Positions 1-9,883 of a stretch of 60,064 nt of DNA are shown here, piece by piece. The DNA lies in the NCBI GenBank assembly GCA_938091905.1, contig CALKOM010000007.1, positions 1 to 60,064 of the forward strand, read 5' to 3'. Source of the DNA: an uncultured Verrucomicrobiales bacterium. Lineage in GTDB: Bacteria > Verrucomicrobiota > Verrucomicrobiia > Verrucomicrobiales > DEV007. Numbering within the stretch: position 1 is the stretch's first letter; each line of letters starts with the position of its first letter. The notes beneath the pieces are model-generated. The model was not told the DNA's origin, made no database searches, and saw only the letters and a list, made by a program, of their open reading frames with translations. The position numbers and the translations under genes are program-made.

Positions 1-256
1 CGCAACTTGGCCCACGTAGCCGAATCAATAAGATATTTGTCAGTCATAGAAGTGGATCTGCAAGCGCTATATATCACCATCGTGAACTGACAGTCAATGA
101 GTTAGTGCTCTAAGCGAATTAATGGATTAGCCCTAGATTGAGAGGTGCTCCTTCCCTCTTGATGAACTGTGAGTCGATCGCTGCCATACCAATGGGTTCT
201 GCTGATCAGTAGCGTAGGGCTTGACCCCTTCTGGGGATGCTTGATGTTAAAGACCT

Positions 257-802
257 ATGGAGTCCCTGTCGAAGTTTGTGGCGAGATCAATCACGGTGAT
301 GGGTTCCATCGGTGGTTCTGCTTGTGCACTCATTGCGAACAACCCGGACGCTAGTTCCCTCTGGCAGGGCCTTGCTGCTATTGGGATTGGGTCTGCCATT
401 GCGGGAGGCGTCAGCTGGTTCCGGGCGGATAAGCGGTTAAAGCGAGATCACAAGAAGCGGCGCGATCAGCGGATGATCACAACGGCGAAGCGGAAACACG
501 GTCGGGTGACGGATGTCGAATTGGTGGCTGAGACACGTTTCTCTTTGGAGGATTGCCGGGCCTTTCTCAAAGAGATGACGGAGAGCGGCTCGGCTGAAAT
601 GCACATCGGTAAGGAAGGAACCATGGTTTACATCTTCCCGGGCTTTCTCTCGGAAGATGAGAAACGGGAAGCCCGTTCGACCGCAGATTGGATGCCCGAG
701 GTTCGCGCTCCAAGAGAAATCAAGACGGCGTCTCCTCCTCTTGCTGAGGATGAAGGTTCTTCTGCTTCGACGACGACCACACGTTCTCTTGAGATCGAAT
801 AG
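257..802 (+). CDS. Hypothetical membrane protein (2 N-terminal TM segments, possible winged-helix-like C-terminal domain)
   Basis: 181-aa ATG ORF. Two hydrophobic Gly/Ala-rich stretches, a basic stop-transfer segment, then the GRVTxxELxxET...GxAExxxxxxGxxVYxF pattern. Confidence 0.65.
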   Translation: MESLSKFVARSITVMGSIGGSACALIANNPDASSLWQGLAAIGIGSAIAGGVSWFRADKRLKRDHKKRRDQRMITTAKRKHGRVTDVELVAETRFSLEDCRAFLKEMTESGSAEMHIGKEGTMVYIFPGFLSEDEKREARSTADWMPEVRAPREIKTASPPLAEDEGSSASTTTTRSLEIE

Positions 803-902
803 CGCATCGGTTTCATCACATAGGCATTGGATTTCGGAAGGTAGTGCAGGGGCTTGTCTTAGTGCCACTGATCCTTTTACTTCGACATCGAGGGACATTT
901 TA

Positions 903-950
903 GCTCATCAGTGATCCACTCATTCGGCTCATCAGTGATCCACTCATTCA
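903..950. repeat. 24-bp tandem duplication (GCTCATCAGTGATCCACTCATTC x2)
   Basis: 903-925 and 927-949 are identical 23-mers with a period of 24, in intergenic DNA. Confidence 0.9.
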
Positions 951-1057
951 GAGTGATTGGGGGATTCTTGATGACGTGGTCGTCCCGACATTTGGCGAAA
1001 GAGGGCTGGTCTCTCGCTGGCATTCAGGGGTAGGCTCTGCTCTGGTGGCTGAAGCAA

Positions 1058-2602
1058 ATGAGCAAACGGTCGAAGAAGCGTAGAAAGCCGAAGAAAGCTA
1101 AGCGCAAGAACCATTCCGCGAAGGTGCCGGTAGCTAAAAGTGCGCCTCCAAAGGCCCCTTCTCTTGCGGCTAAAGACGTGCCCTCGCCCACCACTCCGAC
1201 AGTGAAACCCGACCAGGATAAACATTCGACCAAGCCTGAGGAAGAGCCCATTCTAAAGCCAGCTCAAGCTTCGAAACCAGTTTCCAGACGGGCCTCAGCG
1301 CTAGTCAAGATCGATGAGGATACGGAGCTTAATATAGAGGGAAGCGGTCTCTTGGACCCCAGAGAAACTCGAATGGAATACTTCGGCATGGTTCCACGTG
1401 CTACAGGGGCGGCGCGTGCTTCAGAGCAGGAAGACGAGAAGGTCGCTCGTATTGATCTAGAAAAACTGGCCCCGGGCATTGAGATCCCTGAACCTCAGGA
1501 CGAGGCGCCGAGCGGCCTCGTCGATTTCCTTGAGACGCCATCGCCACCAAGAGTTCGGCGCGTGCAGTTCTTGCCCGAAGATCACATCGAAGAGCCGCGC
1601 TATTTCCCCGACGAATTGCTAGCCGAGGAAGGTGCGGAGAACACGTCTTTAGAGCATTCAAAAGTCTGGGGAAAGAGCCAGGTGGACACCCCTAGCTTCA
1701 AAGAATTCGATGAATCTGAAGCGATCAAAGAAGGGCTGCGTTCCGTACCCATTGTCGGCAAGACGATCATTTCCGAACAGCTGCGCGTTCGAAGACGCGC
1801 TTGGAAATGGATAGGAATCGTGGCGGTCACAGGAGCGTTCGCGTGGGGAATCTCCACCGTAAAGAAAGGTGTAAAGCATAGCGAGACATCGGGGAGCACG
1901 GAGGTTCCCAGCAACTCACTGGGGCTTTACGAGCCTGCTGCAATCCATAGCATCGACGAGTTATTGACCCGCTACTTTTCGGCAAAGACGATCACAGAAC
2001 GACTTTCCTATGTACGGGCAGCCATGCACGTTCAACCGATCATGGAAGCTTATGAGCTAGAGAATGGTCCCCAGATCTACACTGGCTTCACTCGTGACAC
2101 AGTAAAAGCGCCGGCCCCCTACATGGACACTGCCTACTTCACAGTGGATGTCACCTTGGATCCTACTCTCGAGAAACGACGTTTGGTCATCGAGCGTAGC
2201 GATGAGAACACCTACCTCCTCGATTGGGAGAATCTGGTGGGCTATCAGAAAATGAGCTGGGACGTTTTCACGGAGACGCGTCCGACAGAGCCGCAGGTCT
2301 TTCATGCGGTGGTCCTTCCATCAGACTACCATAACTACGGCTTCAGCAATCCCCGCGAATGGATGAGTTGGCGACTTCGCCATCCTGCGAATCCAGATTT
2401 AGATCTCTATGGATACACGCGTGTGGATAGTGAAATGACGAGCCAGTTTCTCAGGGAAACGAGCATCCGATTGAACGCCCCTGATACAGGCACTGCAGTC
2501 ACTCTTCGATTGGCCTATCCAGAAGATGCCAGCGAAATAGGGAAATCTCAGGTCGAGATTTTGGAGATTGTCAAACGGGGCTGGATTACGACATACGAAT
2601 AG
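1058..2602 (+). CDS. Hypothetical single-pass membrane protein, paralog of 34067..35629
   Basis: 514-aa ORF with a K/R-rich start, a disordered P/E-rich region, a TM segment (WKWIGIVAVTGAFAWGI) and a C-terminal domain with YLLDWE, DYHNYGF and LYGY motifs. Confidence 0.8.
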   Translation: MSKRSKKRRKPKKAKRKNHSAKVPVAKSAPPKAPSLAAKDVPSPTTPTVKPDQDKHSTKPEEEPILKPAQASKPVSRRASALVKIDEDTELNIEGSGLLDPRETRMEYFGMVPRATGAARASEQEDEKVARIDLEKLAPGIEIPEPQDEAPSGLVDFLETPSPPRVRRVQFLPEDHIEEPRYFPDELLAEEGAENTSLEHSKVWGKSQVDTPSFKEFDESEAIKEGLRSVPIVGKTIISEQLRVRRRAWKWIGIVAVTGAFAWGISTVKKGVKHSETSGSTEVPSNSLGLYEPAAIHSIDELLTRYFSAKTITERLSYVRAAMHVQPIMEAYELENGPQIYTGFTRDTVKAPAPYMDTAYFTVDVTLDPTLEKRRLVIERSDENTYLLDWENLVGYQKMSWDVFTETRPTEPQVFHAVVLPSDYHNYGFSNPREWMSWRLRHPANPDLDLYGYTRVDSEMTSQFLRETSIRLNAPDTGTAVTLRLAYPEDASEIGKSQVEILEIVKRGWITTYE

Positions 2603-2690
2603 GAGCAAGGGTGACTACCTTTGCGCCTACAATGCTTAAGTCGCTACCGACCCTCACCATTACTCCGAGCAGAAAATCAGGGGCTGAGAG

Positions 2691-3060
2691 CTAGGCGCTT
2701 TGGGCAAGGGCTGCTACGAGTGTGAAGTCCACGCGGCGAGACTCGCGCAGTGCAGCCGAGTCATCCATAATATAACGTTGGTCGCCCCATTCTCTTCCAT
2801 CGTGATCACTTCGGGTGATACACCCTTCTTCTTCAAGTAGTCGACGACTGCGTTGCAACGCTTGCGACTAAGGGCGAGGTTGAAGGCGGCATCGCCTTGT
2901 GGGTCTGCTAAGCCGCGTACGTGAAGCTGCGGGGACAACTTGTCGAAGGAACGGAGGTAGGACGCGAGCTGTTTGCGGTGCTCAAGACAAACTGTGTATT
3001 TGGCTTTAGTAAAGTATACAAGGTAGCTCCAGCATAGGCTTTCACATGAACGATGCGCTT
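2691..3060 (-). pseudogene. Second OmpA-like domain, split by two frameshifts
   Basis: A second frame reads VYFTKAKYTVCLEHRKQLASYLRSFDKLSPQLHVRGLADPQGDAAFNLALSRKRC. A third frame from about 2768 reads DDSAALRESRRVDFTLVAALAQSA to a stop at 2691-2693. Confidence 0.8.
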
Positions 3061-4479
3061 GCCTTCGTCACCGTGTAAAGCGATTGACTTCATGGTCGGG
3101 TTCGCTTGAGGGACTTCCATTACAGGGTCAGAGGCCTTGCTCAGAAGGGCCCATGAAATGCGGAAATCTACCCGACGCTGTAAGGAAGAGGGACCTCCAG
3201 CTTTCCCGGAAACAGGCTTCACCAAGAAGTCTTCCTCAGGCACTCCCTCACCGACCAAATAGTCGCAAGCAGCACTGCAGCGACGCTTGGCCAAAGCAGC
3301 GTTCAACTCGGCAGCGCCAGAGGGATCGCAGTGACCTACGATCTCGATCTTGGCCGCACCGTCTCTCTGAATCAAGCTTGCCAACCTGCGAAGCTTTCGC
3401 TTGTCTCCACTTCCAAGGCCCGTGCTGCCAGAACGAAAATAGATGGTGCTATCTGAAAGCGCATCGAAGAGGGGGTTGCCCTCTGTCGGAAGGTCGCCGG
3501 CAGAGAGGGCGATCTCGGAATAACCCAGGCTGAGGCCTTCCTTCCATTCAAGTTCGTTCGTCACGATGTAGGTAGAGGTGGGAAAGCCTTTCAGGAGGAA
3601 GCTGCCGAAAGCGTCAGCAATCTGCTTGGTGCCAGTCACTCCACGCAGCAGAACATTTCTATCCTTCACCTTGAATTGCTCAGGCGAGACGTTCGTCAGG
3701 AAGTATGGAATCATCATTTCCACTGCACCAATCCAATCCGGAGTCACCGTTTCTACCTCTGTGGAAATCGTCTCCACCATCCGGCGGTCACCCAGGTGAG
3801 CGTTGATCTTTGCCACAAGAGCTGCTTTCGATTTCTCATCGAGCGCGCCCTGCACCAACAACGTGTTCTTGTCTGCCATCCACATATCAAGCTCAGGAGC
3901 AATGGTGCGGATACCGAGCCGAGCGGCTACGGGAATCTCGTCCCCGGGGACGCCAGCTTCAAGCGCGGCAAGAATCTCTGACTTGAGCTGCTTCGTCGGC
4001 ACGGACCCAGTCATTTCGATAATGCTATCCGGAAGAGCAATCGACGCGTTTTTCACACTTGCCGCCCTTTCAAGCGAAGCCAGCAACTTGAGAGAATCGA
4101 GCCACTGAGGAGTGGTTGCCTTAGCAAACACGCGAATCTCGTTCACTAGTTCCGAACCCGGGAAGATTGACTGACAGTATTTTTCAATTTCTTCGGAAAT
4201 TCGCCAGATTGGCACGACGCCAGTGATATGGATAGAGCCAGCAAGCGTTTGATAAATCGTGACCTGAGATGCCACGGTGATCTGCTCCATTTCAGGCACG
4301 ACAATCGGAGCAATGTTCTCAGGCGCCTTGAACGCTGCAGTGAACGTGTCTTGCTCTTGTATCGGAGCGAAGAGATCCTTGGCGAACGTTCTAAAGTCTA
4401 GCCTAACGGTGACGCTTAAAAAGACCATCGACGTAATTATCCCAATCAAAAGGAAAGATAAGCAGCGTGCAAATTTCAT
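2908..4479 (-). CDS. OmpA-family peptidoglycan-binding protein with BON-like repeats; C-terminus frameshifted
   Basis: N-terminal TM/signal, BON-like segments, and an OmpA domain (IYFRSGS...IEIVGHCDPSG...NAALAKRRC...QRRVDF). Confidence 0.85.
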   Translation of the reverse strand: MKFARCLSFLLIGIITSMVFLSVTVRLDFRTFAKDLFAPIQEQDTFTAAFKAPENIAPIVVPEMEQITVASQVTIYQTLAGSIHITGVVPIWRISEEIEKYCQSIFPGSELVNEIRVFAKATTPQWLDSLKLLASLERAASVKNASIALPDSIIEMTGSVPTKQLKSEILAALEAGVPGDEIPVAARLGIRTIAPELDMWMADKNTLLVQGALDEKSKAALVAKINAHLGDRRMVETISTEVETVTPDWIGAVEMMIPYFLTNVSPEQFKVKDRNVLLRGVTGTKQIADAFGSFLLKGFPTSTYIVTNELEWKEGLSLGYSEIALSAGDLPTEGNPLFDALSDSTIYFRSGSTGLGSGDKRKLRRLASLIQRDGAAKIEIVGHCDPSGAAELNAALAKRRCSAACDYLVGEGVPEEDFLVKPVSGKAGGPSSLQRRVDFRISWALLSKASDPVMEVPQANPTMKSIALHGDEGKRIVHVKAYAGATLYTLLKPNTQFVLSTANSSRPTSVPSTSCPRSFTYAA

Positions 4480-5046
4480 CCCAAATAGCGGACAGATTGT
4501 TGAAGGAGCAATGCGGCTACTCCCGCTTATCTAAATGGCGAATCCAACAAATCGAGCAACTCAATAATGGCAGAATGCCGACAGACTGCCACGTTCCAGC
4601 AACATATTTGCTGGAAGCGCCTATTCAGTAATAAAATTATTGTAACCATACTTCGAGATCGCAAAAATTCCTCTAAAATATATTTGGTCGATGGATGGCC
4701 CATTGGCGAAGTTTATCGGTGTTTTGCGATTGGTCTGGGCGCCAAATGCCATTGCTAGAGTTGCCTTACGTAAGCTCATGCTGAGCCTAACAATGAACAC
4801 AAAGGGTGGCGTCGTCACCTTTCCAATTCAGAATAACGACAGGAACCTTGCTTCATCATATCGCGCCGATCCGCACACTCCTTGTCGCACTGGGGATCCT
4901 ATGCTGCTACGCAACACTTGTGATATGAATCACATACCATGAAGCACTACAGAATAATAGCCAAGAGATCAAACTATCGTCTCTGCAGTCTGTTTGGGCG
5001 CTAACGCAAATATAAGCAGATCAAATGACAGGCACACTGCCGGAAA

Positions 5047-5634
5047 TCAACCATGCCAAATTCCTGAAGGCGTGATGACACTATCCAAATACCGATCGTG
5101 TTTCTCCATGGGAATTTCTTGGCAGAGTTGACAGTCGAATCCGACTCCAACGGATCGCGCACTTCCATGAGTGTTTTCCAAAAGACGATCGTAGTAGCCA
5201 CCACCTTTGCCTAGTCGGGCACCCGATTTAGAGAATGATAGTCCTGGCGTCACGATAGCCCTCAGCTCCGAGGCCTCGACCAAGGGGCACCTTTCAGGAA
5301 TGGGCTCCATCACTTGGAAGGAGCCGACGGATAGATCGGAGTCAGGATCGGCAAACCGACGACACTCTAACAGGCCGCTACCTTCAAGAACCCTAGGCAG
5401 CGCGAAAGTTAGCTCGGGGCGCCGATGAATAATTTCCAAGACATTGGCTTCCAATGGCAGCGCTGCATAGATCAACACAATGCCAGAACACCCAATTTCT
5501 TTTAGCTCACATTCCAAGTGGTCCACGATCGCTCGAGACTCGTTTTCCTTTTCGGAAGTGGTAAGGGTCTTGAGCGTTTTTTTCGCCCTGTGGCGAAGCA
5601 GGCGCTTCTTACTTGAGTAGTCACAAAATTCCAT
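5047..5634 (-). CDS. ygfA: 5-formyltetrahydrofolate cyclo-ligase
   Basis: Motifs PGLSF..GARLGKGGGYYDRLL and P.EKHD..LD.VITP. Exact start uncertain. Confidence 0.92.
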   Translation of the reverse strand: MEFCDYSSKKRLLRHRAKKTLKTLTTSEKENESRAIVDHLECELKEIGCSGIVLIYAALPLEANVLEIIHRRPELTFALPRVLEGSGLLECRRFADPDSDLSVGSFQVMEPIPERCPLVEASELRAIVTPGLSFSKSGARLGKGGGYYDRLLENTHGSARSVGVGFDCQLCQEIPMEKHDRYLDSVITPSGIWHG

Positions 5635-5681
5635 ATAATCCAGAAACTAGAAAGCTAATAGTCTGCAACCTACCGATCTCG

Positions 5682-6656
5682 ATGGTAAGTAATTCCGCCC
5701 CCAGTCGCCTCACTTCCATCGTTCGTCACCTGAAAGACAAGGGGCAGGCTCTTCGCGATGGCGGCTTGGACCGCAGCAATGCCAACCAGATCGGCCTATT
5801 ACCCTCAAAAGGCTGGCAGACAAGGAACTACCGTTTCCTTAGAAACGTGGTTATCCCTTCAATTTTCGCGCCCCGCAGCGGCGAATCCATCATCTCCGCT
5901 CCCGCATCCTCGATGCAGAGCCGACTCACGTGGATTGGCCACGCAACCTACCTACTTCAGATTGATGGGAAAAATATTCTCATCGATCCAAACTGGGCCA
6001 TGTGGCATGGCATCTTTAAGCGAGTGCGCCAGCCGGGGCTTCGTCTTGAGGATCTCCCGAAGATCGATCTTGTTCTCGTCTCACACGCCCACCAAGACCA
6101 CCTTCATCTAAAGTCCTTGGAACAGTTTGCGAACGGGCAGCCGATCTTGATGCCCCATGGGTGCTCCCGGATTGTTCGTCGCTTAAATCTGGAGCCCATA
6201 GAAATGAAATGGTGGGACGGTTTCCATTTCGAGGGCCTTGACCTTACCTTTACTCCGGCGAAGCACTGGGGCGCTCGCTTTGTCCACGATGTGCACCGTG
6301 GGTTTGGCGGTTTTATCATCAAAGGCGCAGAGCGGACAATCTTCCACTGCGGTGACAGTGCGGCCTTTGACGGCTTTGTGGAGATCGGAAGTCGCTTCGA
6401 TATCGACCTTGCTCTGATGCCAATCGGAGCCTACGACGCGCCGAGTGGTCGAGAGGTACATATGAACCCGGAACAAGCCTTGGAAGCGTTCGTCACGTTG
6501 GGAGCCGAGCGAATGGCGCCCATGCATTATGGAAGTTTCCCACTTGGTGGCGAGCCCATGCACGAGCCTCTCGAACGGTTGATTGTGCATGCAGGTAGAC
6601 TGGGGCTATTGCATCGTGTTGATGTGATAAAAGAAGGGCCACCCTTGTTCTTATAA
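5682..6656 (+). CDS. MBL-fold metallo-hydrolase (NAPE-PLD/RomA-like)
   Basis: Motifs TWIGHAT, SHAHQDHL (HxHxDH), PAKHW, GDS, PIGAY, HMNPEQA and PMHYG. ATG at 5682 chosen over the TTG at 5613 to avoid overlap with ygfA. Confidence 0.9.
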   Translation: MVSNSAPSRLTSIVRHLKDKGQALRDGGLDRSNANQIGLLPSKGWQTRNYRFLRNVVIPSIFAPRSGESIISAPASSMQSRLTWIGHATYLLQIDGKNILIDPNWAMWHGIFKRVRQPGLRLEDLPKIDLVLVSHAHQDHLHLKSLEQFANGQPILMPHGCSRIVRRLNLEPIEMKWWDGFHFEGLDLTFTPAKHWGARFVHDVHRGFGGFIIKGAERTIFHCGDSAAFDGFVEIGSRFDIDLALMPIGAYDAPSGREVHMNPEQALEAFVTLGAERMAPMHYGSFPLGGEPMHEPLERLIVHAGRLGLLHRVDVIKEGPPLFL

Positions 6657-6660
6657 GTAG

Positions 6661-7212
6661 ATGATCATTAAAATATTAGCTCTTAATTTTACGCTTTTGG
6701 TTTCACCGTGTGCGTGGGGCGATTCTGATGTTCTGGCCGAGCCGAAACACGGCTGGTTAAAAAATGAGAAGCTCTCCATGCTTCCTCTAGAGCGGGAAAC
6801 CACCGCTAATCACCTAAGCGCTTACGTGGCTAACCATCTCATTAAAAGTAAGCGCACGGATCGAACGACTTGGGCGACACGACTTCTTGGATTAGCGCTG
6901 ATCCTCCATCCAGAGAACCCTCGCGCCATTCAGACGAACCAAGCCATTGCCAGAGGCACATCACTTCCAGTACTAGAATCAGAACTTGATGCCGAAGTCT
7001 TTGCTCGACTGCTCTATCACCGGTCTAGAGGCCTGGCCAAGAACGGTGGTCCTGATGCTATCCTAGCGCCGTTTCTCCTCGCCGCTGCGGCTTACATCGC
7101 TCCCTATTTGGAAGAAACAGCTTTCGAACATGAAAGTCGGCATTTGCGAGAAGGAGCCTTAAACTGGACACCCTTCTCTGGGCAGGCTCCCGACACGAAA
7201 CGCACCCGCTAA
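6661..7212 (+). CDS. Hypothetical exported protein
   Basis: 183-aa ATG ORF 4 nt after the previous stop, with a signal-like N-terminus. Confidence 0.65.
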   Translation: MIIKILALNFTLLVSPCAWGDSDVLAEPKHGWLKNEKLSMLPLERETTANHLSAYVANHLIKSKRTDRTTWATRLLGLALILHPENPRAIQTNQAIARGTSLPVLESELDAEVFARLLYHRSRGLAKNGGPDAILAPFLLAAAAYIAPYLEETAFEHESRHLREGALNWTPFSGQAPDTKRTR

Positions 7213-7300
7213 TTTAGCATGTTCGAAGCCGCTCTCCATACCCAAAAAATCGGTTGCGCTCCCCTTCGCCAACCCTATGATCCCGTCCGGTCAGTCAGAT

Positions 7301-7375
7301 GCGCGGTTAGCTCAGGGGTAGAGCATTACCTTGACACGGTAGGGGTCAGAGGTTCAAATCCTCTACCGCGCACCA
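7301..7375 (+). tRNA. tRNA-Val (GAC)
   Basis: Acceptor stem GCGCGGT/ACCGCGC, D arm AGCTCAGGGGTAGAGC, anticodon loop TTGACAC, T arm GGTTCAAATCC, encoded 3' CCA. Confidence 0.97.
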
Positions 7376-7406
7376 CTTCCCTAACACATACTCGGGGAGG
7401 GCGATC

Positions 7407-8237
7407 ATGACGAAATTTACTGAATTTGCTTCGCTAATTCGTTTGCTCGATGACGAATCTGAATCTGTGCGCACGGCAGTCGGTCGCAGGCTTTTAGACT
7501 ACGAAGACGAGCTTCCAGAGTTCATTTCGCAGCTCGATCCCCTGCCCTCGACTGAGACCTTCGCGCTCCTCAACCGTCTGATTCGCGAGGCGAAATGCGA
7601 GACATTGACCGACCACTGGGATGATATTCTGACGGAATCGGATCCTGTTCAGCGACTGGAACTCGCCTTGGGAGTCATTGCTGATTATGTCGATGGCCTA
7701 CACCTGCGTTCCATGAGACTGACGAAGGCTTTGGACGAACTCGCAACGGAATTTGAGGGAACAAGAACGGCTTTGGGGCTCGTCGAAAAGCTGTTTCGAA
7801 GCGGGCGCTTTACGGGAAACCGCGCAGACTACTACGATCCCAAGAATAGCAGCCTTCTAGCCATCATTGAGGATGGCTCCGGCAATCCCATCAGCCTGGC
7901 CTGTCTCCTCATCCTCGTAGGCAAACGCCTCGATCTCGAGATTGGCGGCTGCAACTATCCCGGGCATTTCCTGTCCCTGATCCCTCGGGACGACGGTGCT
8001 ATCTTGGTCGATTGCTTTAACGCTGGACAGGTTGTCGTCCCGGAAGACCTCATCGATGCGCAAGTCGCCGAGGCAACAAACATTGGCGATTCTCTCTTCC
8101 AGGCCGCCAGCACCGAAGTGATCCTCCTTCGCGTTCTTCGCAATCTAGAGCGCGCGTTTCATCAGTTGAAGCAGGAGCAAGATCGAGCCGTCTTCGAAGA
8201 TCTGATCGAGCGTATGTTAGTTTCTGGAATGGTGTAG
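7407..8237 (+). CDS. SirB1/transglutaminase-like (Transglut_core2) protein
   Basis: Motifs [36 protein letters not shown] and ILLRVLRNL. Confidence 0.88.
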   Translation: MTKFTEFASLIRLLDDESESVRTAVGRRLLDYEDELPEFISQLDPLPSTETFALLNRLIREAKCETLTDHWDDILTESDPVQRLELALGVIADYVDGLHLRSMRLTKALDELATEFEGTRTALGLVEKLFRSGRFTGNRADYYDPKNSSLLAIIEDGSGNPISLACLLILVGKRLDLEIGGCNYPGHFLSLIPRDDGAILVDCFNAGQVVVPEDLIDAQVAEATNIGDSLFQAASTEVILLRVLRNLERAFHQLKQEQDRAVFEDLIERMLVSGMV

Positions 8238-8257
8238 CGCCAGTTACGACGTGGAGG

Positions 8258-8291
8258 CCCCGCAACATCGGGTTCATTCTGATGTGGCGGG
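8258..8291. terminator. Stem-loop between convergent genes
   Basis: Imperfect inverted repeat CCCGCAACATCGG ... CTGATGTGGCGGG; no strong U-tract. Confidence 0.4.
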
Positions 8292-8390
8292 CTAACCAAA
8301 GCTAGTTTTGAGTCAACACATTAGGGGGCACACTGACTGGTAGAGTTTCTCTGTGCCATTGGAGCCTAATCAGCCAAGACTCAGCACCCC

Positions 8391-9227
8391 TCAACGGGGA
8401 TCTGTGCGAACAGTTGGATAGATCCAATCCCGCGCCCGCATTTCGAGTTCGATCAGCCCACGTAGTTCCAACTACACCACTTGAGTCTCGGGAAACTCGA
8501 TTCGGCAAACCTCACCTTCGGGAGTGACATCGGGCACCACCAGACCAACATCGTAGCGACAGTCCTCAGGCTTTGCGATCTCGGGATTGGCCCACCTGTA
8601 ACCAAGCCACTTGCCGTCGGCGAGCCCTCGCGCTTCTGACCAGTTGAGAAGTCGCTCCGCTGCAGCAAGAGCAGCTGCCTGGTCATGATAAGGGTTCGGA
8701 ACTCGGATTTAAGTGACCAATAGAGGAGGGAGGCGTCGCATTTTCACCTCAAAGATATCCGGATTCTCCCCAGGCTCCAATCCATCGAGCTGGTGCCGAT
8801 TCCTCGCATCAGCCAATGCCTTCTGCCAATCCTTGCGACGATTCCTTCGAAACGTTTATACGCCGAACGCGCTTGGAGTCACGCCGTAGCGTTGCTTGAA
8901 GCTCCGGGAAAAATCGGATGAGGAAGAGAATCCACACACAAGGGCAATGTCCGTTAGTGAAGACGCCTTTGTGCCGGAAAAGGTCGTCGCTGATATCATT
9001 GCCACGGCTAGCTCCAGCCGGACGCGCTTGACGAACTGGTTCAGGGATTCACCAACTAAAGCACGGAAGATCCGATGGAAGTGAAATGGTGGAAGGTAAG
9101 CAGTCCTCGAAACGACGACTAAGCTGAGGTCCTAAACGAGATTCTGAACGCTCAAGTCGATGGCGCGGTTGACTCGCTCGACAAAGTCGAGTGACTTCCC
9201 TACTGAGTTGTCAGTTCCTTTTAGCAA
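8391..9227 (-). pseudogene. AraC-family regulator with GyrI-like effector domain, pseudogene
   Basis: One frame reads FVERVNRAID...PFHFHRIFRALVGESLNQFVKRVRLE...LTDIALVCGFSSSSDFSRSFKQRYGVTPS...DCRYDVGL. In-frame stops lie at 9132-9134, 8856-8858, 8709-8711 and 8472-8474. The C-terminus appears truncated and the start is approximate. Confidence 0.9.
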
Positions 9228-9274
9228 GATTTGCCGAGCAACGCTTCGCAACGGTTGGGTAGAGTGCGGGCGCT

Positions 9275-9751
9275 ATGAACTATAAACCAATCATCGTAAC
9301 TCTGCTGTTTGGCATCTTTGCCTGTCTTGCGGCGGACAATGAAAAATCGGCTACCAAGAAATAGAACAACAAACCTATGCAACTCGGAGCATTCTCAGTC
9401 AGTCTAGCCGTCAAAGACATCAAGACCTCCCACGCCTTCTACCAAAAACTCGGATTCAAGTCCGTCATGGGTGAGACCGCTCATAATTGGCTTATTCTGC
9501 GCAACGGAACCACGACCATCGGCCTCTTCCAGGGCATGTTTGAGGAAAACGTCCTGACATTCAATCCTGGTTGGGACAGCGAGGCCTAGCCACTGAAGGA
9601 GTTCGAGGACGTTCGTGAGATTCAGAAATGCCTCAAAGCGAGCGGGCCGACACTGGGTTCGGAAGCCGCAGAGTCGAGTGCCGATCTCGCCAGTCTGGCT
9701 CTCAGCGATCCAGACGGCAACATGATCCTCATCGATCAGCACGTCGAGTGA
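9275..9751 (+). pseudogene. VOC/glyoxalase-family protein, pseudogene
   Basis: [22 protein letters not shown]...[20 protein letters not shown] continues in frame past TAG 9587-9589 to DPDGNMILIDQHVE and a stop at 9749-9751. An in-frame signal-like leader from ATG 9275 is cut by TAG 9362-9364. Confidence 0.88.
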
Positions 9752-9827
9752 AGTGATATACAGCCGCGCAACAGGATCTGTGCTTCGCACCAAACAAAAG
9801 CACGAAACTATACTGTTTAGGTAGCTA

Positions 9828-9883
9828 ATGGCGTGAGCTTTCGGACCTCTCTACAATGCCACTATTCCGAAGGCTCACGGCAT
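9828..9883. repeat. Intergenic inverted repeat (14-bp stem, 20-nt loop)
   Basis: CGTGAGCTTTCGGA (9832-9845) pairs with TCCGAAGGCTCACG (9866-9879), extended by ATG/CAT. Confidence 0.7.

Noticed and set aside
1..160. IHF-like motifs near the window start (AATCAATAAGATA, GTCAATGAGTTA)
   Set aside because: Partial matches only, and the context is truncated by the window edge.
437..898. Antisense and alternate-frame ORFs throughout (e.g. 437..898, 13365..13910, 48926..49483, 57247..57777)
   Set aside because: They overlap well-supported genes, have atypical composition and show no family motifs.
903..950. Mini CRISPR array
   Set aside because: Only two copies with a 1-nt gap, no spacers and no cas genes.
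5635..5681. 6S RNA upstream of ygfA, as in many bacteria
   Set aside because: The upstream gap is under 50 nt and is immediately occupied by a divergent gene.
7301..9800. Genomic island integrated at tRNA-Val
   Set aside because: No integrase, and I saw no duplicated tRNA 3' end in the window. The next gene is an ordinary SirB1-like gene.
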